51,053 bases of DNA from assembly GCA_033551855.1 (NCBI GenBank), contig JAWSUI010000008.1, forward strand, positions 1-51,053, read 5' to 3'. The notes under the pieces are model-generated. The model was not told the DNA's origin. It was given only the letters and a program-made list of their open reading frames with translations, and did not search any database. Below, piece after piece: positions 1 through 9,632 of the stretch. The DNA comes from Deferrisomatales bacterium (GTDB taxonomy: Bacteria; Desulfobacterota; Deferrisomatia; Deferrisomatales; JACRMM01). Position 1 is the first letter of the stretch. The number at the start of each line of letters is the position of its first letter. The translations under genes were made by a program, and so were the position numbers.

Positions 1-54
1 GCCCTCTATGTTTCTGAAACCCACGCCTCGACGGTCTGAGGCGGAGCCTCGTTA
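1..54. mobile_element. Possible terminus of an IS200/IS605-like element interrupting ald
   Basis: Hairpin CGCCTC-gacggtct-GAGGCG near the junction. It carries an in-frame TGA (37-39) directly upstream of an intact-looking Ald C-terminus. The rest of the element is outside the window. Confidence 0.35.
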
Positions 55-162
55 GCTAAAGGGGTGAACACCTGGGACGGGCACCTGACGTGCCGCCCCG
101 TGGCGGAGGCGTTCGGGATGCCCTTCACCCCGCTGGGGGACCTGCTCGCCGCGGCGGTGTGA
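55..162 (+). pseudogene. ald: C-terminal fragment of alanine dehydrogenase
   Basis: Translates AKGVNTWDGHLTCRPVAEAFGMPFTPLGDLLAAAV*, matching the typical Ald C-terminus (LAKGVNT..G.LT..VAEA). Cut off upstream by the in-frame stop. Confidence 0.65.
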
Positions 163-251
163 GGGGGCTCCCGGCGGACGACTCCTCCGTCAGAGCCTGC
201 GCCTCGTCTGCCGGAGTGGGCGGGCCCACCCGGTCGTTTACCGGAAGAATC

Positions 252-824
252 TCAATCCTTCGTCAGGATCACCGCCAGGGCCTGGGGGGGGGTCTTCCCG
301 ATGCCCCGGAGGGCGTGCGGCCTGGCAGAATCGATGTACAGGCTGTCTCCCTTCTTCAGGGTGTAGACTTCCCCGTCATAGAGCATCTCCAGAGTTCCGG
401 AGAGCACGTAGAGGAATTCTTCGCCTTCGTGGGCCATGGGCTGCACCGTCGCGGCCGCCTGGGGGTCGAAGGTCACCAGGAACGGCTCCATGCCCTGGCC
501 CCGGATGTCGGCCGCCAGCAGGCTCATATAGGTGTACCCCTGGCCGGTGCGCTGGGCCTGGGTGCTGGTCCGCTCCACCGCCGCCCCGTCGCCTGCCGGT
601 ATGATGCTGAAGATGTCGGACCGGGGTCCCGCGCCGTGGATGATCTGTCCCATGCGCGATCCCAGGGCACGGGAGATCTTGAGCACCGCGCCGATGGAGG
701 GGACCTCTCGCCCCTCCTCGACCGCCTCGATGTAGGCCGCCTCCAAGCCCGTGAGCTCTGCGACGTGGACAGGGGTCATGTCCTGGGCCTCCCGCATCTT
801 CCGGATTCGCTTGCCGACGTTCAT
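252..824 (-). CDS. XRE-family HTH transcriptional regulator with C-terminal cupin domain
   Basis: N-terminal VGKRIRKMRE...HTH; C-terminal HEGEEFLYVLSG...GDSLYIDSARPH cupin motif. Confidence 0.9.
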   Translation of the reverse strand: MNVGKRIRKMREAQDMTPVHVAELTGLEAAYIEAVEEGREVPSIGAVLKISRALGSRMGQIIHGAGPRSDIFSIIPAGDGAAVERTSTQAQRTGQGYTYMSLLAADIRGQGMEPFLVTFDPQAAATVQPMAHEGEEFLYVLSGTLEMLYDGEVYTLKKGDSLYIDSARPHALRGIGKTPPQALAVILTKD

Positions 825-1016
825 GAGCCCTCCTCTGGGCGACGCGGTTGCGCTCTGCGGGCCTGATTAGCACAGGCCGGCGGGGGGAGTCAAAGCCCCG
901 CAAGCGCGGGTGTGAATGGCGGCAGGGCTTGTCGACTCCCCGGTTCACGGGGCGGGTGAAGCCTCACAGGAAGGGTACAAGGGCGTCCCGCAGATTTTGC
1001 TGCCGAACCGGAGGGC

Positions 1017-2870
1017 TCAATCCTTGCGCCCGGGCCCGTCTCTCCTTCCCCTCGGACCCGGCCGCCCGCTGCCGCCGCGGCGCCCGGCGGTGGGGCCCTG
1101 CGGGCCATACAGGGTGCGCAGGACTCCGGGCCGACCGAGGGATCGGAAGTAGCGGGTCAGCAGCTCCCGGTTCCTGGGATCTCGGTACTGGGCCAGGGCC
1201 CGCTGCACGCTCTTCTCCTTCCCTCGGGGCACGATGACCTCCTCGCCGGTGGACGGGTCACGGCCCGTGTGAAACATGCACGTGGACGCCGACATCGGGG
1301 TGGGGGTGAAGTCCTGCACCTGCTCGGCGAAGTGGCCGAGCTCCCTGGCGAACTCCGCCAGGTCCATCGCGTCCCGCAGGTCGCACCCGGGGTGTCCGGT
1401 CATGAGGTAGGGGACGAGGTACAGGGGTTTTCCGATCTCCTTGCGCAGGGTCTCGAAAAGCTCGCGGAATTCTCGATACTTTCGGGCGTAGGGCTTGCCC
1501 ATGAGCCGCAGGGGGCGGCTGGCCACGTGTTCGGGTGCCACCTTGAGCTGGCCCCCCACGTGGTGCTGCAGGAGCTCCCGGAGCAGGCGCCGCTGGCTTG
1601 GAGCCAGCAGCAAGTCGTGCCGGAGTCCCGAGGCAACGAAAGCGTGCTTTACCCCGGGCACCCGGCGCGCGGCCCGGAGGAGCTCCAGGTAGGGCGCGCC
1701 GGAGGTCTCGAGCTGGGGGCAGACGTCGGGGGTCAGGCAGCTCGGGCGACTGCAGGCGTACCGCCCCGGGCCGACATTTCGGCACCCGGTGCCGTACATG
1801 TTGGCGGTAGGACCGCCCACATCCTGGATCGTGCCCCGGAAAGCCGGGTCCGCCGCCAGCCGGCGGATCTCGTCCAGGATCCCCTCGGGGGACCGGCTCA
1901 CCACGCCCTTGCCCTGATGCGCCGAGATGGCACAGAAGGAGCAGCCGCCGTAGCAGCCGCGGTGAGTCACCACCGAGTGGCGCACCGGGGCCAGCGCCGG
2001 GATCCCCCCTTCGTCGTCGTACCGGGGCGGGTAGGCGCGCAGAAAGGGCAAGCGATAGACGGCGTCGAGCTCCCGGGGCGTGAGGGGATCTGCCGGGGGG
2101 TTGACGACGACCGCCTGGGAGCCGTGGGGCTGGACGGCCGCCGGGACCTCGGGCTCGAGGAGCGCCCGATAGAGAGCCTGGAAGTACTCGAAGAAGGCCT
2201 GGGGGCTGGACGCCGCCTCCTCCGCCGGCGGAAGCCGGAGCACCCCGGGGCCCTCCGGCGGTTCGGAGGTCCGATAGGCGATCCCCCGCAAGGTCCGGAG
2301 CTCCGAAACCGCCGAACCGGCAGCCAGGCAGGCCGCCAGGTCCCCGAGGGCCTTCTCCGCCATGCCGTAGACCAGGTAGTCGGCTTTGCCGTCCACCAGC
2401 ACGGACCCCCGCACGCGCTGCTGCACGAAGTCGTAGTGGGCCAGCCGGCGCAGACTGGCCTCGATGCCCCCCAGAACCACCGGAACTTCCGGGAAGGCCT
2501 CCTTGCACCGCTGGGCGTACACCACCGAGGCGTAGTCGGGCCGGCGGCCGGGCTTCCCGCCGGGGGAGTACTCGTCCCTGCCCCGGCGCCGGCGGTCCGG
2601 TGTGTAGTGGGCCACCATGGAGTCGAGATTCCCGGCCGCCACGCCGAAGAAGAGCCGGGGCCTGCCGAAACGGCGGAAGGCCTCGGGGCTGGTCCAGTCC
2701 GGCTGGGCAAGGATCCCGACGCGGTACCCCCGGGCCTCGAGGTACCTGCCAACGAGGGCGGCCCCGAAGGCCGGGTGGTCCACGTAGGCGTCGCCGGTGA
2801 CCAGGACGACGTCGAAGACGTCCCCCGGGTGCTCGGGGGATTCGGGGAGGAAGCCTGGGGCTGGGGACAT
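1017..2870 (-). CDS. ygiQ: YgiQ (UPF0313) family radical SAM protein
   Basis: [11 protein letters not shown]-terminal motif, [17 protein letters not shown]xxxCxx[22 protein letters not shown]. Confidence 0.92.
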   Translation of the reverse strand: MSPAPGFLPESPEHPGDVFDVVLVTGDAYVDHPAFGAALVGRYLEARGYRVGILAQPDWTSPEAFRRFGRPRLFFGVAAGNLDSMVAHYTPDRRRRGRDEYSPGGKPGRRPDYASVVYAQRCKEAFPEVPVVLGGIEASLRRLAHYDFVQQRVRGSVLVDGKADYLVYGMAEKALGDLAACLAAGSAVSELRTLRGIAYRTSEPPEGPGVLRLPPAEEAASSPQAFFEYFQALYRALLEPEVPAAVQPHGSQAVVVNPPADPLTPRELDAVYRLPFLRAYPPRYDDEGGIPALAPVRHSVVTHRGCYGGCSFCAISAHQGKGVVSRSPEGILDEIRRLAADPAFRGTIQDVGGPTANMYGTGCRNVGPGRYACSRPSCLTPDVCPQLETSGAPYLELLRAARRVPGVKHAFVASGLRHDLLLAPSQRRLLRELLQHHVGGQLKVAPEHVASRPLRLMGKPYARKYREFRELFETLRKEIGKPLYLVPYLMTGHPGCDLRDAMDLAEFARELGHFAEQVQDFTPTPMSASTCMFHTGRDPSTGEEVIVPRGKEKSVQRALAQYRDPRNRELLTRYFRSLGRPGVLRTLYGPQGPTAGRRGGSGRPGPRGRRDGPGRKD

Positions 2871-2905
2871 GAAAACCGGTACCTCGGAGGGGGAGGGGAG
2901 CCCGT

Positions 2906-2934
2906 AGGCTACGGAGGGGGCGTCGCCGTGTCAA
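2906..2934 (-). promoter_or_regulatory. Sigma-70-like promoter for ygiQ
   Basis: Minus strand TTGACA-N17-TAGCCT, 36 nt upstream of the start. Confidence 0.5.
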
Positions 2935-3083
2935 CGCGGAAACGGTTCCTGGACCCTCCACCCCGCCGGCCGGGGGGGCAAAGGCCGGTGCGGGCGTCCC
3001 TGGAATGATTCCCTCGCGTTGACACGGGAACCTCGTGCTGATAGTCTCCCTCCGTCGCCGTGATTGTGCAGGGGAGCTAGGCC

Positions 3084-3563
3084 ATGAGGCTGACCACGAG
3101 AAGTCGTTACGGGGTGCGGGCCGTCTTCGACCTGGCGTACCACTCGGCCGGCGAGCCGGTGCAGATCAAGACCATCGCGGAGCGCCAGCGCATCGGCCTG
3201 CGTTACCTGGAGCAGATCTTCCAGCAGCTCAAGGACGCGGGCCTCCTGGGGAGCAAGAGGGGACCGGCGGGGGGGTACTTCCTGCTCAAGAGCCCGGCGG
3301 ACATCACGGTCTACGACGTGGTGACCGCCACCGAGGGGCCCATCGAGCTCGTCTTCTGCGCCGGGGAGCCGGGAGTGGAGACCCCCTGCGACACCCGCCC
3401 GTGCGACAGGAAGGGGGAGTGCCCGGCGGGGGAGCTGTGGGAGGAGCTCGGAGAGAGGATTGCCGAGATCTTCCGCGGCACCACCATCGAGGACCTCTGC
3501 CGGCAGGCCGAGGCATTGGGTCTCGAGAGGGTGCGGGCGTCGCGCCTCATGTTCCACATTTGA
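3084..3563 (+). CDS. Rrf2-family (IscR/CymR-like) transcriptional regulator
   Basis: MRLTTRSRYGVRA, YLEQIF, SKRGPAGGY motifs; four C-terminal Cys (possible Fe-S ligands). Confidence 0.9.
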   Translation: MRLTTRSRYGVRAVFDLAYHSAGEPVQIKTIAERQRIGLRYLEQIFQQLKDAGLLGSKRGPAGGYFLLKSPADITVYDVVTATEGPIELVFCAGEPGVETPCDTRPCDRKGECPAGELWEELGERIAEIFRGTTIEDLCRQAEALGLERVRASRLMFHI

Positions 3564-3572
3564 GCCCGCGCG

Positions 3573-3621
3573 GTGAGGCGTGACGGGTGAGGGGTGACCC
3601 GTGACGTGTGGCGCGTTCCGG
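3573..3621. repeat. Tandem degenerate heptamers GTGAnnn
   Basis: gtgaggc gtgacgg gtgaggg gtgaccc gtgacgt gtggcgc gttccgg, between convergent genes. Confidence 0.7.
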
Positions 3622-3703
3622 GGTTTTCGGGTTCCAGGCTCCGAGCTCTCTGTCCCAGCCTCCCCATCCGGTCCCACCCCGCCGTTTCCCCTATGGGCGC
3701 GCT

Positions 3704-4471
3704 TCAGCGGCCGGCTACCGCGAGCCCCCGGTCCCGCAGGAACGTTTTCACGTCCCCGATCCGGAGCAGCCGGAAGTGGAAGACGGAAGCGGCCAGGAGG
3801 ACCTCGGCCTTCCCATCCCGGGCCGCCTCGTAGAAGTGTTCGAGGGTGCCCGCTCCCCCGGATGCCACGACGGGGAGCGTCACGGCGTCGGCGATCGCCC
3901 GGGTGAAGGGGATGTCGTAGCCGGCCTTCGTCCCATCCCCGTCCATGCTGGTCGGCAGGAGCACCCCGGCCCCCAGTTCCTCGCACCGGCGGGCCCACGC
4001 CACGCAGTCGATCCCCACGGGCTTCGTGCCCCCCGCCACCACGAGCTCGAAGCCGGAGGGCATGGCGGGGTTTCGCCGCCCGTCGATCGCCACGGTGATC
4101 CGGGCGGCCCCGAACTTCTCCGCCGCCCGGGCGACCAGGTCCGGGTCCTTCACCGCCGCGCTGTTCATGGAGACCTTCTGGGCGCCTGCCTCGAGCACCT
4201 GCTCCACGTCCTCCAGGCTCCCGATGCCCCCGCCCACCGTGAGAGGAATCGTGATCTCTTTCGCCACGGCCCTTACCCACTGGAGGCGTGTACTGCGGTT
4301 CTCCAGGGTGGCGGCGATGTCGAGCATGGCGAGCTCGTCGGCCCCCTCGCTCTGGTAGAACCGGGCGTTCTCCACCGGATCGCCCGCGTCTTTGATGTCC
4401 ACGAAGTGGACCCCTTTGACGACCCGGCCCTCCTTCATGTCGAGGCAGGGCATGATGCGGATGGGTTCCAT
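3704..4471 (-). CDS. hisF: Imidazole glycerol phosphate synthase cyclase subunit (stand-alone)
   Basis: IMPCLD..GRVVKG, GDPVE.A, GADEL..LDI, IPLTVGGGI, SMDGDGTKAGYD, VVASGGAG, LAASVFH. Confidence 0.9.
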   Translation of the reverse strand: MEPIRIMPCLDMKEGRVVKGVHFVDIKDAGDPVENARFYQSEGADELAMLDIAATLENRSTRLQWVRAVAKEITIPLTVGGGIGSLEDVEQVLEAGAQKVSMNSAAVKDPDLVARAAEKFGAARITVAIDGRRNPAMPSGFELVVAGGTKPVGIDCVAWARRCEELGAGVLLPTSMDGDGTKAGYDIPFTRAIADAVTLPVVASGGAGTLEHFYEAARDGKAEVLLAASVFHFRLLRIGDVKTFLRDRGLAVAGR

Positions 4472-4620
4472 TCAAGTCTCCTCTTGGGGCGGTTGGGAAG
4501 GGGCAGATCCTAACCCAGGTGCGCCCGGCAGGCCTACAGGCCTACAGGCACTTGGCTCCGCTCCGTGACCGTGGATCTGGCGATTGCCCAAGAGGGCAAA
4601 TGGTCCCAAAGCTTCACGAC

Positions 4621-4938
4621 TCACGCCTCCACGTCCGGGCGGCCCTTCAACGCCGGTGGCAGGAGACGCGCTCCGTGCACAACAGCTACCACGGTTACGG
4701 TTTGGCGCTGGACCCGATAGATGAGACGGTAACTGTACACGAAGCGCTCCCGGAGTCTCTCGTCTCCCAGTTCCGGAACGACCCTGCCTCGCCGCGGCAA
4801 CGCGGCCAGAGAGCGTGTCTCTTCGAAGAGGCGCGCTACGACGGCTCTCGCATAGAACTCCGAGTCCCTCGCGATGTGTTCGGCAAGGGACTCGACGTCC
4901 TCCACGGCTTCGGGCGACCAGACTACTCGGAAGTCCAT
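4621..4938 (-). CDS. RelE/ParE-family toxin
   Basis: VVWSPEAVEDVE...GRVVPE...RERFVYSYRLIYRV...VVAVVHGAR; overlaps the upstream small gene. Confidence 0.85.
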   Translation of the reverse strand: MDFRVVWSPEAVEDVESLAEHIARDSEFYARAVVARLFEETRSLAALPRRGRVVPELGDERLRERFVYSYRLIYRVQRQTVTVVAVVHGARLLPPALKGRPDVEA

Positions 4939-5111
4939 CGGCTCAGCCGTCTCTCGACTTCCTCCTGGCTCAGCGTCCCCTCAGAATCGGCCCGGGCGAT
5001 CCCCCGTCTGACTTTCTCGATCAGGTAAAGATGGTACTGAACGTCCTCGATGGAGCAGTTCTCGGGAAGCCTTTCGAGAAGCGCCTGAATCTCTTCTTTT
5101 GCCGTGTTCAT
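4923..5111 (-). CDS. Antitoxin partner of the ParE toxin
   Basis: 62 aa MNTAKEEIQALLERLPENCSIEDVQYHLY...; AAGGAG RBS 6 nt upstream; coupled to the toxin. Confidence 0.8.
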   Translation of the reverse strand: MNTAKEEIQALLERLPENCSIEDVQYHLYLIEKVRRGIARADSEGTLSQEEVERRLSRWTSE

Positions 5112-5140
5112 CGTCATCTCCTTGCTGGTGGGACGCGCCT

Positions 5141-5227
5141 TCACGCCTTGTCCTCGATGATCCGGACGACGTCGAGGGTCTGGAGCTTGTCCAGGGCGAT
5201 GCGGATGGGGTGGGTGCCGTCGTAGCG
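5141..5227 (-). pseudogene. Orphan 3' remnant of an unidentified gene
   Basis: RYDGTHPIRIALDKLQTLDVVRIIEDKA* with strong GC3 codon bias; no start, abuts AT-richer sequence. Confidence 0.5.
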
Positions 5228-5277
5228 CTGCCTGGGAGGCCTTCCGAAGTATGCAAGTGCATATCGCGTTCATAAGC

Positions 5278-5943
5278 TCATTTTCGGGAAAGAGTGTCAC
5301 CACGGGCCTCGTCGATCTTCTCCGCACTACTGTCGATCCCGAGATCGGTCCAGAACCGATTCGGTGACAGCAGTTCCCTCACCTCCGCCCCTAAGAACAC
5401 CGGCTTACCCCTGGCCAGGGCGCCTTGGCGCAGGGCGTCGGTCCGGGTGCCCGGCGGGGCGTGCAGAAAGAGGAGGTGCCTGGCAATCTGCGCAACCAGC
5501 TCGTTTCGCCGCTCGGCCCGGTCGGCGGTCATCCGCCGGGCCTTGGCGGCAAACGGCGAGAGGATCAGGAGGCGGCCCTCCGCCAGGGCGTCGCGTCGCG
5601 GCTTGGGGAGGCGGCGGGGCTGCGGCAGCCCGCGGGCGGGGCACCAGACGACGGGCTGGGTGCCGCGCAGGAGGAGCTCCAGGCACTCCTGCTCCATGGG
5701 CGTGTGGAAGCCGCCGATCACCGGGATGCCGGCGTCCCGCAGAGCGCGTGCCGCCTCGTAGGCCCGGAGGACCACGTCACCGGGGCAGCGGGTGGAGCAG
5801 AAGAGGCCGAGGAGGTCGTTGGCCAACAGGCGCGGCGGGCCGAGACACCAGAGCTGAGGCGCGCCTCGGCCGTCGGTGGAATCCCTGAGCCGGTGGGGAT
5901 AGGCCTCGTGTTCCGGGGTCAGCAGGAAGGGTTCGGGTGGCAT
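5278..5943 (-). CDS. DprA-like (SLOG superfamily) protein, short defence-island type
   Basis: LFCSTRCPG, VIGGFHTPMEQECL, VVWCPAR, AERRNELVA. The last ~35 aa look like read-through into foreign DNA. Confidence 0.75.
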   Translation of the reverse strand: MPPEPFLLTPEHEAYPHRLRDSTDGRGAPQLWCLGPPRLLANDLLGLFCSTRCPGDVVLRAYEAARALRDAGIPVIGGFHTPMEQECLELLLRGTQPVVWCPARGLPQPRRLPKPRRDALAEGRLLILSPFAAKARRMTADRAERRNELVAQIARHLLFLHAPPGTRTDALRQGALARGKPVFLGAEVRELLSPNRFWTDLGIDSSAEKIDEARGDTLSRK

Positions 5944-6078
5944 CGCTCGCAGGCCCCCTCGTGGTACAGACAGTCTCCGTGCTCTATTGGCGATCCGCGC
6001 CGGCAGTGGACGACGACCCGGAAGGGCGACCGGCGGTCGTCGAACCGCGGAGGCTCCAGGTTGGCGGCCCGAAGGGCC

Positions 6079-6450
6079 TCACAGCTCGGCGAACGGGTCC
6101 ACGACGACCAAGCCCGGGACCCATGAGAAATCGGCGGTGTTCCGAGTGACCAGGGTGAGGCCGTGGGACAGCGCCGTCGCTGCGATGAGCGAGTCGGCCA
6201 AGGACATCCTGCGCTGGCGCCTCAGCCGTATGGCCGCGTCTACGACAACGTCATCGATGGCGAGCTGTCTGGGGATCGCGAGCAAAGAAGCTGCGCTCCT
6301 GCTCTCGGCCTCGGTGATTTTGTGAAAGCCGAGCACCTCCACACGAGTCACTGCCGAGATGGCCAGGACCTTGCTTGCCAACCACGCAAGGAGCTTCTCT
6401 TGGTGCGGCTGGAGCGCGTAGATCACGATATTGCTGTCGAGAAGGAACAT
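6079..6450 (-). CDS. vapC: PIN-domain VapC toxin
   Basis: FLLDSNIVIY, ISAVTRVE, LADSLIAATA, LVTRNTADF. Confidence 0.9.
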   Translation of the reverse strand: MFLLDSNIVIYALQPHQEKLLAWLASKVLAISAVTRVEVLGFHKITEAESRSAASLLAIPRQLAIDDVVVDAAIRLRRQRRMSLADSLIAATALSHGLTLVTRNTADFSWVPGLVVVDPFAEL

Positions 6451-6455
6451 GAAAC

Positions 6456-6731
6456 CTACTCGCGACCCGGAAGGATGCGGTCCGTTCGCATCTCCCTCTG
6501 CCAAACCACAGGGTCTCCGAACTTCTCGCCGAGCCCGTGGTCGGCAAGCTCCTGAGCCAGCGACGCGAAGCGGGCGCCGTTTGGCGCGGTGTCGCCGTCC
6601 GGAACTGCGAGCTGGTCCGGCTCGTCGAGCGTGAGTACCAAGACCTCCACCGACTTGTTCACGAACGAGGGCGGAAGGTCGATGATCAATCTCGTCGACG
6701 AGACCCTCTCGATGCGTCGTTCCACCTGCAT
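6456..6731 (-). CDS. Putative VapB-type antitoxin
   Basis: 91 aa immediately upstream of vapC; IIDLPPSFVNKSVEVLVL and DPVVWQREMR.DR motifs; GGAGG RBS. Confidence 0.7.
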   Translation of the reverse strand: MQVERRIERVSSTRLIIDLPPSFVNKSVEVLVLTLDEPDQLAVPDGDTAPNGARFASLAQELADHGLGEKFGDPVVWQREMRTDRILPGRE

Positions 6732-6962
6732 GGTCGTCCTCCCTTCCACCGTTTCCGGCTGACGCTACCCCGCTATTCTACAACGATGCGGATCGTCCGC
6801 ACTCGCTTCCTGAGCTCGAGGTCGGCTGCATCCCGCCCGCGGCCACGTGGGTCAACCGGTAGTGCAAGCGATGCCGGTCGCCGACGCCGGCGAGGGCGAA
6901 GTCGTGGCCTTCATCCAGCCGGAAGAAAATGCCCCCGCTCTCGGGGGGGGGGCTTGCGCCGC

Positions 6963-9632
6963 TCAGCTTTGCCGGAACATCCCCACCATCCCCTCGATCG
7001 TCATGTTGTCCCGGATGGCGTCGTGGGGGATGAGGAGGTAGCTCCAAGGCTTGCCGCCGTGCGCGGCTTCGTGGGCACTCGCGTGCCCGCACCACTGGAC
7101 GGCGCCGCGGGCCTTCTCCTGCACCACCGGGTCGCCCACCTGGTCGGCCCGCTTGGGCTCGCAGATCAGCTTGGCGGTCTTGGTCTCGACCACGAAGTCG
7201 GGCTCGTAGGGGGTGTCGCTCTGGTAGTAGATGTGGAAGTCGCCCCGGGCCGGCTTGAACCACTTTTCCACCTGCGGGTCGGCCTCCAGGATCGCGCTGA
7301 ACCGCCGCTCGGGGTCGGAGTCGAACTTCTGGATCGGGTAGATGCACTTGGCGAACCCGGTGAAGAGCATGCGCCGGATGTTCTGCCGGTCGTCAACCGG
7401 CGTCCGGTAGTCCCGGGGTTGTTCGCCGGCCGGTGCCTTGTAGACGGTTGGAGAGAAGGTCTTGAAGCCCTTGGTCACCTGGGCCTCGTAGGCCGTGGCG
7501 CTCTCCCACCGGTGCTGCTGCATCTGGGCGTGGATGAGGTTCGCCAGGCGCCGCTGGTGGTAGAGCAGCACGTTGCGCACCTGGGCCTCGTCGGCCAGGT
7601 AGGACTGTAGCCTCGCCACTATCTGCCCCGCCAGCTTGTAGAGCAAGTCCGCGTGCTCGTCGTAGCACACGTCGTCGAAGTCGATGAGCACCCGCACCAG
7701 GTAGTCCTCCAGCCGCTCCTCCTCGCCCCCTTCCACCGCTGCCAACTTGCTGCGCTCTCCGGTGTCCAGGGTCTGGATCAGGATGTCACGGGAGACCGGC
7801 GGCAGGTTGATCTCGGCCAGTCTTTCCAGGTCGAAGTCGCGGAACCCGGACGACACCTCCCCCGTAGGCACCGCGAGGACCCGCGGAATGTCGATGGTGC
7901 GGGCCACATAAGTTTCCACCGTTTCGGCCACGATGGCTTCCACGTCGGGGGCGCCCTCAGCTTCGTAGAGCTCGGGCTGCACCGGCGCCGTTCGGCTCTT
8001 CACCTCGGCGACGATCTGCTGCTGGATCTCCTGCCGGGTCAGGTCGCGGGAGGTCGGCAGCCGCTCGAACGTTCGGATGACGTCCATGGTGGTCTTGGCG
8101 ACCTGTTTCTCGGGCTCCGTCCTCTCCCGTGGTGGGTCCCCGCCCGGGCGAGGGATCGGCTGGGTCAGGGTCGGCTCGACCGTCACGGCCTGCTGGGCCT
8201 CCTCGGCGATGTCCTTGCCGATGTAGATCCTCTCCAGCCGGATGGCGGAGTCGGGCCGGTTGGCCTCGTCCACAATCTCCTGGAACCGGTCGTGGGCCAC
8301 GATGGTGAGGGTGTCCACGGCCGACACGCCTACCCGCCGGCCGTAGGGGAGCCGGAGTCCGCGCCCGATGGACTGCTCCACCAGGGTGCGGGAGTTCGCC
8401 GCCCGCAGGGGCACGATGGTGTAGAGGTTGGTCACGTCCCAGCCTTCCTTCAGCATGTTGACGTGCACCACGATCTCGGTCGGCTCGTTGGGGTTCTCCA
8501 CGGCGAGAAGGCGCTGGACCATTTCGTCCTCGTCAGCACCCGTCTTACTTGAGTCCACCTGAATGACTTTTCCCGCATAGCGACCTTCGAAAAAGTCCTT
8601 CGATTCGATCCGGGCTACCAACTCCCCTGCGTGGCTGATATCGCGGGCGACGATGAGCATGAAAGGCTTTACCACCGGCAGGTGATTCTGCCGTCCGAAC
8701 ACGTCCAGCTCCACCTTCACCGCCTCGTGCACGCGGACGCCGTCCTCGATCTTGATCGTCTCCAGTCCCTCCTGCGAATGCTGGCCGGGGTCGAAATTCT
8801 CACGGGTGGCCACGGCAGGCTGTTTCACGAACCCGTCTCGAAGTGCGTGTGCCAGCGGATAGTCGTAGATCACGTTTCGGAACGGGATCGTCTTTCCGCC
8901 GCTCGCTTCGACGTGGGGCGTGGCAGTCAGCTCCAGGCCCAGGATCGGCTTGAGCTCGTTGATCGCACGCATCCCCGCCGCGGCCCGGTAGCGGTGGGAC
9001 TCGTCCATCATCAGCACCAGATCGTCGAGCCCGGCCAGGTAGTCGAAGTAGCTCTCGCCGATGTACTCGGAGAGCCGCTTGATTCGGGGCGCCTTGCCCC
9101 CGCGCACCTCGGAGTTGATCTTCGAGATGTTGAAGATGTTGATGTGGACCGCGTCGTCCGCCCCGAACAGGCGCAGCTGGCGGGCTGCCTCGTCGCGCAC
9201 GCCGTGGCCGGCCTCGTAGTTGTCGCCGGTGATGATGACCGGCGGGGTCGTGGCGAACTCGGCGATGCCCCGCAGCACATATTTCGGGGTGTTCGGGGTG
9301 AAGTCGGCGATGAGCTTGTTGTAGATGGTCAGGTTCGGGGCCAGCACGAAGAAATGGCGGATCCCCTTGGCCAGGTGGAGGTACGCCACAAAGGCGCCCA
9401 TGAGCCGGGTCTTGCCGACACCGGTCGCCAGGGCGAAGCAGATCGAGGGGAAGTCCCGCTCGAAGTCCTGCACGTTCGGGTACTCGGAGCGGATGACCTG
9501 GAGCGCTGCCGCCAGGTCGGCGTCCTTACGGGGTGGGGCGATCTCGGTGATGCGCGCGAGGATCTCCAACGAGTCCCGCTGGGGCTTGCGCAGGCTCAGA
9601 CGTCCGCTGATGGCGTTCACGTGTCGGTTCAT
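6963..9632 (-). CDS. res: Type III restriction endonuclease/helicase subunit
   Basis: ALATGVGKT Walker A, DESH box, LKEGWDV, QSIGRGLR, C-terminal PDFVVE...EPK nuclease motif; ATGA overlap with mod. Confidence 0.92.
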   Translation of the reverse strand: MNRHVNAISGRLSLRKPQRDSLEILARITEIAPPRKDADLAAALQVIRSEYPNVQDFERDFPSICFALATGVGKTRLMGAFVAYLHLAKGIRHFFVLAPNLTIYNKLIADFTPNTPKYVLRGIAEFATTPPVIITGDNYEAGHGVRDEAARQLRLFGADDAVHINIFNISKINSEVRGGKAPRIKRLSEYIGESYFDYLAGLDDLVLMMDESHRYRAAAGMRAINELKPILGLELTATPHVEASGGKTIPFRNVIYDYPLAHALRDGFVKQPAVATRENFDPGQHSQEGLETIKIEDGVRVHEAVKVELDVFGRQNHLPVVKPFMLIVARDISHAGELVARIESKDFFEGRYAGKVIQVDSSKTGADEDEMVQRLLAVENPNEPTEIVVHVNMLKEGWDVTNLYTIVPLRAANSRTLVEQSIGRGLRLPYGRRVGVSAVDTLTIVAHDRFQEIVDEANRPDSAIRLERIYIGKDIAEEAQQAVTVEPTLTQPIPRPGGDPPRERTEPEKQVAKTTMDVIRTFERLPTSRDLTRQEIQQQIVAEVKSRTAPVQPELYEAEGAPDVEAIVAETVETYVARTIDIPRVLAVPTGEVSSGFRDFDLERLAEINLPPVSRDILIQTLDTGERSKLAAVEGGEEERLEDYLVRVLIDFDDVCYDEHADLLYKLAGQIVARLQSYLADEAQVRNVLLYHQRRLANLIHAQMQQHRWESATAYEAQVTKGFKTFSPTVYKAPAGEQPRDYRTPVDDRQNIRRMLFTGFAKCIYPIQKFDSDPERRFSAILEADPQVEKWFKPARGDFHIYYQSDTPYEPDFVVETKTAKLICEPKRADQVGDPVVQEKARGAVQWCGHASAHEAAHGGKPWSYLLIPHDAIRDNMTIEGMVGMFRQS

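Noticed and set aside
37..39. In-frame TGA codons (37-39 and 31954-31956) as selenocysteine
   Set aside because: Upstream frames do not continue the protein family and the positions do not correspond to conserved Cys.
6943..6952. G10 tract as a phase-variation switch for the type III R-M system
   Set aside because: It lies downstream of the res stop, not in mod or its promoter; no simple repeat was seen in mod.
6778..6960. Possible small gene or remnant between res and vapB
   Set aside because: No frame gave a recognisable motif or convincing start; left unannotated.
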